Source of the DNA: Thermotogota bacterium | GTDB taxonomy: Bacteria > Bipolaricaulota > Bipolaricaulia > UBA7950 > UBA9294 | Length of the DNA: 10,602 bases | Direction of reading: 5' to 3' | NCBI GenBank assembly: GCA_039679545.1 | Contig: JBDKUT010000126.1 | Coordinates: 1-10,602, forward strand | Part shown: positions 1 to 7,008 of the stretch, in pieces | Layout: the number at the start of each line of letters is the position of its first letter | Numbering within the stretch: position 1 is the stretch's first letter | Program-made: the position numbers and the translations under genes | Notes under the pieces: model-generated | Seen by the model: the letters and a program-made list of their open reading frames with translations, nothing else | The model's database searches: none | Told to the model about the DNA's origin: nothing

Positions 1-355
1 CGGAGAGCTGGACGAAGACGAGCGGGCCGGACTGGGGAATCGATTCAAGCGGAAAGGCGTAGGCGGCACCCGCAGTGACCGGCACGTACCAGCGTCGGGT
101 CGGGTGCGTCCCCGTCGGCATGGAGAGGAAGACGAAGCGCGCCGCGGAGTCGATCGCCAAGCTGAACCGGCCACTCGCGTCGGTTCGTACGACGGTCACG
201 CCGTCGCTGACGACGGCGCCGGCGACGCCGGCCTCCCCCGCGTCGAGGGTGCCGTTCCGGTTTCCATCGATGAAGACCCAGCCTTCGGCGCCCCACGCGT
301 ACGCTCCGAAGGCAAGAAGAGCCACGAACAAGACCCCCATGCGCTTCCCGTTCAC
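1..355 (-). CDS. Secreted calcineurin-like metallophosphoesterase, N-terminal part (runs off the window; absent from the ORF track)
   Basis: Manual translation from GTG at 355, with SD AAAGGAGG at 361-368: MNGKRMGVLFVALLAFGAYAWGAEGWVFIDGNRNGTLDAGEAGVAGAVVSDGVTVVRTDASGRFSL...FVFLSMP...LVFVQLS. It has a signal-peptide-like N-terminus, a VFxDxNxNGxxDxGExG..VSDG..TD..G pattern typical of the MetallophosN domain, and ends at the FVQLS(D) start of the catalytic domain. Confidence 0.8.
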   Translation of the reverse strand, partial: MNGKRMGVLFVALLAFGAYAWGAEGWVFIDGNRNGTLDAGEAGVAGAVVSDGVTVVRTDASGRFSLAIDSAARFVFLSMPTGTHPTRRWYVPVTAGAAYAFPLESIPQSGPLVFVQLS

Positions 356-356
356 G

Positions 357-1130
357 CTAGCCTCCTTTCGTCCCGTGGACGGCGGCAACAAGGGAACGCA
401 CCACGGCCGCCGGATCCTTCGCTCCGAACACCGTTCGCCCGAAGGCGACCCCCGCCGCGCCACGTCGGACGGCCTCCCGCGCGGTCCCCACGGGGTCCTC
501 GGCCGTCGCCCCGCCGGCGACGAGCACGGGAAGCGGGCAACTCTTGGGAACCTCGGCGAACGTCGGCTCTCCGGCGCCGTACACCTTAACGACGTCCGCT
601 CCGAGCTCGTAGGCGACGCGTGCGCCGCGCGCGATCGACGGGATGTCGTTTGACTTGGCAGGGTCAGCAATCAGCATCTCGGCAACGAGCGGCATCCCCC
701 AGCGATCGCAATCGGCGGCGATCTCCGCGAGGAGGGCGAGCGACGCCGCCTCGCCCGAGCTTCCAAGGAAGCCCATCGCGATCACGGCGTCGGCGCCGAG
801 TGCCGCAGCGCGCTCGACCGAGGCGATCGGCCGGTGGTAGTCGAAGATCGGGTTTGCGTCAGTGCTCGCGCCTGTGATGCGCAGGATGAGGGCGCACCGG
901 CCGGCGTAGCGGGAGACGCAATCTCTGAGGGCCCCGGGGTTCAGGATCACCCCGTCTGCGCCGCCGCTTGCCGCCTGCTCGACCGCTTCGGGCATCGACC
1001 GCAGGCCGTCCATCGGGCCCTTGAACTGGGCGTGGTCGAGGGCGATCACGACCGCCCTCCGGTCGTTACGGAACAGCCGCGCCAGACGCGTCGTTTTTCC
1101 GATAATTTCGATCTCCTTAGCCGCACGCAC
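357..1130 (-). CDS. Class I (DhnA/LsrF/ADH-synthase-like) aldolase; true start may be ATT at 1106
   Basis: GKxxRLxRLF N-terminus, IALDH, GADAV, ARVAYELGADVVK (Schiff-base Lys), PVLVAGG and GVAFGRTVF motifs. Confidence 0.88.
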   Translation of the reverse strand: MRAAKEIEIIGKTTRLARLFRNDRRAVVIALDHAQFKGPMDGLRSMPEAVEQAASGGADGVILNPGALRDCVSRYAGRCALILRITGASTDANPIFDYHRPIASVERAAALGADAVIAMGFLGSSGEAASLALLAEIAADCDRWGMPLVAEMLIADPAKSNDIPSIARGARVAYELGADVVKVYGAGEPTFAEVPKSCPLPVLVAGGATAEDPVGTAREAVRRGAAGVAFGRTVFGAKDPAAVVRSLVAAVHGTKGG

Positions 1131-2098
1131 GTTCCCCCGGGAATCAGTGTCGACGTGAGCAGGAGCGAGTCTTCGCTCCCGTCGAGAAGGCGGCGCCCCG
1201 CTTCCTGTCCAATCGCGTACGCGGGGACCTCGACCGTCGTTAACTGGGGCCGGACGAGGGCCGCCCAGGGGACGTGGTCGAAGCCGGCGACGCCAAGGTC
1301 GTCGGGAACGATGAGGCCGCGGTCCTCGGCAGCCCGGATCGCGCCGATGGCCATCAGGTCGTTGGCCGCGATCACGGCGTCGACCGAGCGCCGACCGAGG
1401 AGGGCCGAAGCGTGGTCGTACCCGGACTGGAACGTGAACTGGCCCCGCACGACGGCGGCGGGCGCTCGGCTGGCCGTCCTCATCGCGTCGCGGAATCCGG
1501 CCAGCCGATCCTCGGCGGTGCTGACCTCCTCCGGACCGGCAATGTAGGCAATCTCGCGGTATCCGAGGTCGAGGAGGTACGTCGCCAAGTCGCAGCTCCC
1601 ACCGACGTTGTCCGCGTCCACGGTCGTCAGCCCGTTCACGCGGCGGTCGGCGACGATGACCCGGACCCCCCGATCCGTCAAACGCTGCACGAGGTCGAGG
1701 TCAGGGCGCCCGACGGGGACGAAGACGATCCCGTCCACACCCTCCGAGAGCAGGAAGTCGAGGTAGGCCGACTCGCGGTCCGCCTCGTGATTGCTGTCGC
1801 AGACGAGGGTCGAGAACCCCTCCGTGAACGCTACAGACTCGACGCCCCGTGTCAGGAGGGAGAAGTAGAGGTTCGAGATGTCGGGGATGAGCACGCCGAG
1901 CGCCTGGGTCTTCCGGCGGCGGAGTCGCTGCGCCGCTCGAACCGGCGTGTAGTCGAGCTCCTTGATGGAGGCGAGGATCCGCTCTTTCGTCTCCGGCCGC
2001 ATATGGTCTGCGTCTTGGCCATTGAGAACACGGGACACCGTGCTCGGAGAAACACCCGCGTGCGCCGCAACGTCGCGAATCGAGATCCGCTGGTCCAT
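1046..2098 (-). CDS. LacI/GalR-family transcriptional regulator
   Basis: HTH ISIRDVAAHAGVSPSTVSRVLN; ligand-binding domain motifs IPDISNLYF, IAANDLMAIG, VPDDLGVAGFD, PQLTTV. ATG at 2098 is preferred over GTG at 2107. Confidence 0.95.
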   Translation of the reverse strand: MDQRISIRDVAAHAGVSPSTVSRVLNGQDADHMRPETKERILASIKELDYTPVRAAQRLRRRKTQALGVLIPDISNLYFSLLTRGVESVAFTEGFSTLVCDSNHEADRESAYLDFLLSEGVDGIVFVPVGRPDLDLVQRLTDRGVRVIVADRRVNGLTTVDADNVGGSCDLATYLLDLGYREIAYIAGPEEVSTAEDRLAGFRDAMRTASRAPAAVVRGQFTFQSGYDHASALLGRRSVDAVIAANDLMAIGAIRAAEDRGLIVPDDLGVAGFDHVPWAALVRPQLTTVEVPAYAIGQEAGRRLLDGSEDSLLLTSTLIPGGTCVRLRRSKLSEKRRVWRGCSVTTGGRS

Positions 2099-2133
2099 TC
2101 GCCGCACCTTCTCCGAGAATCTGCGGTACTTGA

Positions 2134-2160
2134 GGAAAACGTTTTCCGAAAACGTTATCC
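2134..2160. promoter_or_regulatory. Two tandem LacI-type operators
   Basis: Perfect 14-bp palindrome GGAAAACGTTTTCC (2134-2147), abutting a near-copy GAAAACGTTATCC (2148-2160). The central AACGTT is typical of LacI-family sites, and both lie just downstream of the -10 box of the lacI-type gene. Confidence 0.85.
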
Positions 2161-2161
2161 C

Positions 2162-2190
2162 AGTCTAGCGGAGCACACGACGATTGTCAA
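2162..2190 (-). promoter_or_regulatory. Sigma70-type promoter
   Basis: TTGACA (2190-2185), 17-nt spacer, TAGACT (2167-2162). Confidence 0.85.
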
Positions 2191-2241
2191 GACAGGAAAC
2201 GGCTTTCGCGATGGCAACGAGCGTTTCCCCAACAGCCGACA

Positions 2242-2346
2242 ACCGCAGAGCGCGGAGACTCGGATCAGGCCCCTCGCGACAAGGCCCGGCTTCGCACAAC
2301 GAGAACGTCGATCCTCGGAACTGCTCTTCTCTGCGCTCTCTGCGGT
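2242..2346. repeat. Intergenic REP/MITE-like palindromic element
   Basis: Arms ACCGCAGAGCGCGGAGA (2242-2258) and TCTCTGCGCTCTCTGCGGT (2328-2346), with inner GGATC/GATCC and GGCC stems. Confidence 0.7.
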
Positions 2347-2366
2347 GAGTCGATTCGACCGGCGAA

Positions 2367-3149
2367 CTACCGAGTCACGACGCGGCCGGTGCGCACCCAC
2401 TGCGCCCAGTCGGGAAAGCCGTTCCGGGCGGCTTCGTCGGCCGCGGCGTCGGCGCCGTAGGGAATCGGGATGAGTTCGACGCTGAGGTCATCGTCGTCCC
2501 AAGCGACAACCGCATACCGGGCGTGCGGCGATCCGGTTTCCACGATGTGCGCCTCGGGGACGCCGTCCGCGTACGCGGGACACCCCACGCTCCCCGGGTT
2601 CACGATCGCTCGCTCCTCGTCGAGGCGGACGACCGCCGGCGTGTGATCGTGGCCGCAGAGGATGGCGGGCTCTCGGATCTCTTCAAGCAGACGCGCGACA
2701 GCGTCCGCCGGACGCGCGACGAGGCGGCCGTCTCGCGGTTGCGTCAGGAGGTAGACTGCGTCATCCGCCGGGGTGCCGTGAAAGAGAACGAGGTCGTCGA
2801 CCCGCACGATTCGCGGCAGCGCGGCAACCCAGTCCAAGTGTCGGCGGGTGAGGCGGTCGATCGTGAACCTCGCGGTCCGCGAGACCGCCGCTCCTGCGGC
2901 GCCCTCGACAAGGACTCGGTCTTCGTTTCCGGAGACGGTGGGGATCTCGAGCTCGAGGAGTCTGTCGGCCACGAGACGGGGATCGAACGGCCCGTACAGG
3001 CAGTCGCCGAGGTTCACGAACCGCTCGATGCCGCGCCGTTTGGCGTCGGCGAGAACCGCGTCGAGGGCTCTCCAGTTGCCGTGGATGTCCGAGAGCACGG
3101 CGACCGGCCCGAAGACGGCTTCTTCGCCTCCGCTTCGCGCGGTCCCCAC
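2367..3149 (-). CDS. Metallophosphoesterase (YfcE/PPP-like)
   Basis: SDIHGN, NLGD, SGNED, FHG, GHDH and NPGSVG motifs; AGGAG upstream of the GTG start. Confidence 0.9.
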   Translation of the reverse strand: MGTARSGGEEAVFGPVAVLSDIHGNWRALDAVLADAKRRGIERFVNLGDCLYGPFDPRLVADRLLELEIPTVSGNEDRVLVEGAAGAAVSRTARFTIDRLTRRHLDWVAALPRIVRVDDLVLFHGTPADDAVYLLTQPRDGRLVARPADAVARLLEEIREPAILCGHDHTPAVVRLDEERAIVNPGSVGCPAYADGVPEAHIVETGSPHARYAVVAWDDDDLSVELIPIPYGADAAADEAARNGFPDWAQWVRTGRVVTR

Positions 3150-3158
3150 AGCGGTCTC

Positions 3159-4256
3159 CTAGGCGCCGAGCAGCTCGGCCAGCGCCGCCACGAGCTGCTC
3201 GTTCTGCGTTTCCGTTCCGATCGAGATGCGCAGGAAGTCGGGGAGGTCGTAGCCAACGCACGGGCGAACGATGATTCCCCGCCGCAGGAGCGCACGCTGG
3301 ACGTCGACGGCGTTCGGGCCGATTCGCACCAGGATGAAGTTCGTGTGGCTCTCGGCTTGCTCGAGACCCAGTCGGTCGAACGCCTCGCGGAGGAATCGGC
3401 GTCCCTTCCGGTTCTCACCTATCGTGAAACGCACGAACTCGTCATCCTCGAGCGCCGCGATCCCCGCCGCCTGCGCCAGGACGTTGACCGTGAACGCCGG
3501 CTTGACCTTGAACATCGGAGCGATGGTCTTCGCATGCCCGAACCCATACCCCAACCGAACGCCGGCGAGGCCGTACACCTTGGAGAAGGTCCGCAGGACA
3601 AGCACGTTCTCCCGCCCCTCACGCACGTAGGCAAGGCCGTCCGGAAACTCGTCCGAGTCTGCCATCTCCGCGTACGCCTCATCCAAGACGACGAGAACGC
3701 GGTCGGGGACAGCGGCGAGGAACCGATCGATCTCGCCTGCCGTCGACATCGTTCCGGTGGGATTGTTGGGGTTGCAGACGAAGACGAGCTTCGTCTTCGG
3801 AGTGACCGCGCGAGCCATCGCGTCGAGGTCGATGCGGTGGCCGGACGCAAGTGGGATCTTGATCAGAATCGCCCGCATCGCGTGGGCGTAGATGTCATAG
3901 ATCGGGAACGACGAGCGGCTGGTGATCACCTCGTCGCCTTCGTCGAGGTAGGCCATCGACGCGTGAAGGATCACGTCGTCGGCGCCGTTTCCGACAGCAA
4001 TCTGGTCGAGGGCGAAGCCGAAGTGCCTGGCCAGAGCGCTGCGAAGGTCGTAGCTTGCGCCGTCGGGGTAGAGGTACGCGTCCGCGAGCGCGTCCCGCAT
4101 CGCCGCGAGCGCCTTGGGCGAGACGCCGAACGGATTCTCGTTCGACGCGAGTTTGACGACGTCGTGAAGGCCGTACTCGCGCTCCACCTCGCTGATCGGC
4201 TTTCCCGGAACGTACGGCTGGATCTTCTCCAGGCCGCGCTGCGGACGAATCGTCAT
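3159..4256 (-). CDS. hisC: Histidinol-phosphate/aromatic aminotransferase family (PLP)
   Basis: YVPGKP, KLASNENP, NPNNPTG, DEAY, RTFSKVYGLAGVRLGY. ATG at 4256 follows a GGGAGG SD and overlaps the upstream stop (ATGA). Confidence 0.92.
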   Translation of the reverse strand: MTIRPQRGLEKIQPYVPGKPISEVEREYGLHDVVKLASNENPFGVSPKALAAMRDALADAYLYPDGASYDLRSALARHFGFALDQIAVGNGADDVILHASMAYLDEGDEVITSRSSFPIYDIYAHAMRAILIKIPLASGHRIDLDAMARAVTPKTKLVFVCNPNNPTGTMSTAGEIDRFLAAVPDRVLVVLDEAYAEMADSDEFPDGLAYVREGRENVLVLRTFSKVYGLAGVRLGYGFGHAKTIAPMFKVKPAFTVNVLAQAAGIAALEDDEFVRFTIGENRKGRRFLREAFDRLGLEQAESHTNFILVRIGPNAVDVQRALLRRGIIVRPCVGYDLPDFLRISIGTETQNEQLVAALAELLGA

Positions 4257-6397
4257 CGACTGCCTCCCCACTCTCTTGTTGGTGACGCGTTGCGCCTCAC
4301 GGCGCGCGCGTCTCCTACCACGAGCCCAAGCTCACCAAGGAACACAGGGTTCAAGTCCAACTCCTCGAGATCGGTGTACCGGAATGGAAGCCGGGACACG
4401 TCCGCAACGAGGACTGCAGCCACGTTGAGATCTCGGGGCGCGGCTCCTCGCGCCCCTTGCAGGATCGCGGCGCCGCGCAGCTCGTCGAGCATCTTCCGTG
4501 CCTCGGCGGCGCCCACTGGTGCGACGCGAAGCGACACGTCACGGAAGACCTCGGTGTACACGCCACCCAGGCCAACGGCGATCACCGACCCGAACTGCGG
4601 ATCGTGCGACAGCCCGACGAGGAGCTCGACCGCGCCGCGCACCATCGGCGCCGCAAGGACACCGCGAAATGCCTCCCCCCCGATGCGGCGCAGCCGGTCG
4701 AACGCCTCGCGCGCTTCGGCCTCTGTTTCGACGCCAAGGATCACGCCGCCGACGTCCGTCTTGTGCGAGATTCCCGACGCCACAAGCTTCAGAACGATGG
4801 ATCCGCCGAGCGCGCCAACCGCGTCGGCCGCTTCGTTGGCCGACGCCACGAGTCGCCGCTCCGGGGTCGGAATCCCTTCGCCCTCCAGCCAATCGAGAAC
4901 CTCGGGTTCCAGTCCCTCCCCCCTCCACGGCAGACGTTGGCTCTCTCGCTCGGTTTGCACTGCGAACCGCGCACTGCGAACTTCGCACCGCGCGCTCTCA
5001 TGGCGCGCAACCTCCGCGATCACGGTATCGTCAGCCGAAGCGCACAACGCTTCGGCCCTAGCTGTCCACGCGGCGATCCTAGAGATCACGTGGACAGCCC
5101 GCTCCCCTGTGGCGAAGTTCGGCACCCCGCCTTCCTTCAGAACCGGGAGCCCCGTTGCGACCGTCTTCCCCGCCATGAAGCACGCCGCCACGGGCTTGCG
5201 GGTCGCCCGCGCCGCCGCGACGACTCCCCGCGCGATCGGCGCTGCATCGATGTACGGGGTGTTCACGTCGATCGCGAGCGCGGCGTCCGCCTCGTCGAGC
5301 GCCGCCACGAGGGCCTCGCGGTATCCGTCCTCTGTCCCCTGCACGGTGAGGTCGATCGGGTTCGCGAGCGAGCCGAGCGTCGACAGGTGCGGCGACGCCT
5401 GCAGCCCTGCACGGAGCGCCTCGCTCGGGGCCGCCACCTCGAGGCCCGCCGCCTCCGCGGCGTCGGCGGCAAGGACTCCTGGGCCGCCGGAGTTCGTCAC
5501 GATGACAAGGCGCTTCCCACGAACCGGCGGCAGCGTCGTGAACCCGCGACACAAGTCGAACATCTCCTCGACTCCGGCGACGCGGATCGCTCCGCACTGA
5601 CGTAGAGCGGCGTCGTAGACGGCGTCCGACCCGGCGAGCGACCCGGTGTGCGACAGCGCCGCGCGCACCCCCGACAGCGACCGTCCCGACTTGATCACGA
5701 CGAGCGGTTTCACCGCGGTGAGGCGCGCCGCCGCGTCGAGGAACGCGCGCCCGTTCGAGACCGTTTCCACGTAGAGCGCCACGACCTTCGTCTCCACGTC
5801 CGTCGCCAGGACGTCAAGGAAGTCGACGTCGGTGAGATCGACGCCGTTCCCATAGCTCACGAACTTCGAGAACCCCACGCCTTGCTCCTCGGCCCACGAG
5901 AGGACCGCGCCGCCGAGCGCGCCGCTCTGCGACACGAACGCCACGTCGCCCGACGGAGGCCGCGTCTCGAGCGTCGGGAAGAGGCGAGCCTTCGTGTTCA
6001 CGATCCCGGCGCAGTTCGGCCCCACGATTCGCAAAGCGAATCGTTCAGCAACTTGCTGGAGAGCTTGCTCTCCAGCTACGTTGCCAACCTCGGAGAACCC
6101 GGCCGTGAGGACGACGGCGACCTTGGCGCCGGCGCGGCCCGCGTCCTCGATCACGCCCTGCACGGTGTCCGCCGGAGACGCGACGACGACGAGGTCGGGA
6201 GCTTCGGGGATCTCGCCGATCGATCGAAAACCCGGGACGCCAAGTACACCTTGCCCTTTCGGACCCACGACCGACACGCGGCCGAAACCGCCGCCGAGAA
6301 GTTGCTCGATCAGCACGCAGCCGAGCTTTCCCGGCGACGCCGAGCCGACGACGGCCACGGACCTGGGTTCGAACAGCGCCTGGACCCAAGACATCAC
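4253..6397 (-). CDS. ADP-forming acyl-CoA synthetase (acetate-CoA ligase family), fused alpha/beta
   Basis: PRSVAVVG, GPNCAG, SQSGALG, SHTGSLAG (phospho-His), TNSGGPG, NPIDL; ATP-grasp motifs HKTDVGGV, DPQFG, ELDLNP. Confidence 0.93.
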   Translation of the reverse strand: MMSWVQALFEPRSVAVVGSASPGKLGCVLIEQLLGGGFGRVSVVGPKGQGVLGVPGFRSIGEIPEAPDLVVVASPADTVQGVIEDAGRAGAKVAVVLTAGFSEVGNVAGEQALQQVAERFALRIVGPNCAGIVNTKARLFPTLETRPPSGDVAFVSQSGALGGAVLSWAEEQGVGFSKFVSYGNGVDLTDVDFLDVLATDVETKVVALYVETVSNGRAFLDAAARLTAVKPLVVIKSGRSLSGVRAALSHTGSLAGSDAVYDAALRQCGAIRVAGVEEMFDLCRGFTTLPPVRGKRLVIVTNSGGPGVLAADAAEAAGLEVAAPSEALRAGLQASPHLSTLGSLANPIDLTVQGTEDGYREALVAALDEADAALAIDVNTPYIDAAPIARGVVAAARATRKPVAACFMAGKTVATGLPVLKEGGVPNFATGERAVHVISRIAAWTARAEALCASADDTVIAEVARHESARCEVRSARFAVQTERESQRLPWRGEGLEPEVLDWLEGEGIPTPERRLVASANEAADAVGALGGSIVLKLVASGISHKTDVGGVILGVETEAEAREAFDRLRRIGGEAFRGVLAAPMVRGAVELLVGLSHDPQFGSVIAVGLGGVYTEVFRDVSLRVAPVGAAEARKMLDELRGAAILQGARGAAPRDLNVAAVLVADVSRLPFRYTDLEELDLNPVFLGELGLVVGDARAVRRNASPTREWGGSR
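4954..4995. repeat. Six degenerate heptamers in frame in the synthetase linker
   Basis: tttgcac tgcgaac cgcgcac tgcgaac ttcgcac cgcgcgc (42 bp, 14 codons). Confidence 0.65.
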
Positions 6398-7008
6398 GCG
6401 CGCCCTCCGTCAAGAGCCTTCTCGCCTGAGCGGAACGCCACGAGGTTCGCGTCCGCCGCCCGCGGCCACCGCGCAGCAATCGTCTTTTCCACGGCGTCCG
6501 CCCCGATGAGCTCGGACAGCACCGTCGCCGCGACGAGCGCACCGAGCGTGAAGACATTCGGGGACGCTGGCTTCCCGCCGACTGTGGGGCACAACGCCGG
6601 GTCGAGGAGGATCGGACGGGCTCCGGTCGCCGCGATCGCCTCGAGAACCCGCTCGCGGGTCGGGTACTCGTCGACGCCGAGCATGACGCCCGTCGGCTCC
6701 CAGACCGAGTCGTAGAGCACGAAAGCGCCTCCCGGCTTCGCGAACGCAAGACCTTTCAACGCCTCTGAACGCTCCATCGCCACCACCGCGTCCGCGCCGC
6801 CGACGCGGATCCTCGGGCCTGCGTCGCCCGCGCCGAGGCGAAGCTCGGCCTTCACGAACCCGCCGCGTTGCGCCATGCCTTTCGTCGGGGAGAACATCGC
6901 CTCGACGCCGCCCGCCGCGGCCGCGTCGAGGAGGATCTCGCCGATCGTCAAGACTCCCTGACCGCCCACGCCGATCAGGACAACATCACACCTAGTCGCA
7001 CGCGTCAC
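6394..7008 (-). CDS. iorB: Indolepyruvate:ferredoxin oxidoreductase beta subunit
   Basis: IGVGGQGVL, GMAQRGG, ERSEAL and NVFTLGAL motifs; GTGA overlap with the iorA stop. Confidence 0.9.
   Translation of the reverse strand: MTRATRCDVVLIGVGGQGVLTIGEILLDAAAAGGVEAMFSPTKGMAQRGGFVKAELRLGAGDAGPRIRVGGADAVVAMERSEALKGLAFAKPGGAFVLYDSVWEPTGVMLGVDEYPTRERVLEAIAATGARPILLDPALCPTVGGKPASPNVFTLGALVAATVLSELIGADAVEKTIAARWPRAADANLVAFRSGEKALDGGRA

Noticed and set aside
4257..4271. hisC start at GTG 4271 as given in the ORF track
   Set aside because: That stretch contains the SD (GGGAGG); ATG 4256 with the ATGA overlap fits better.
2523..5600. 1025-aa plus-strand ORF and other long plus-strand ORFs (1274-2473, 4457-5605, 5648-6715, 8439-9305)
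   Set aside because: Antisense shadows of well-supported high-GC minus-strand genes; Arg/Ser/Ala-rich with no recognisable motifs.
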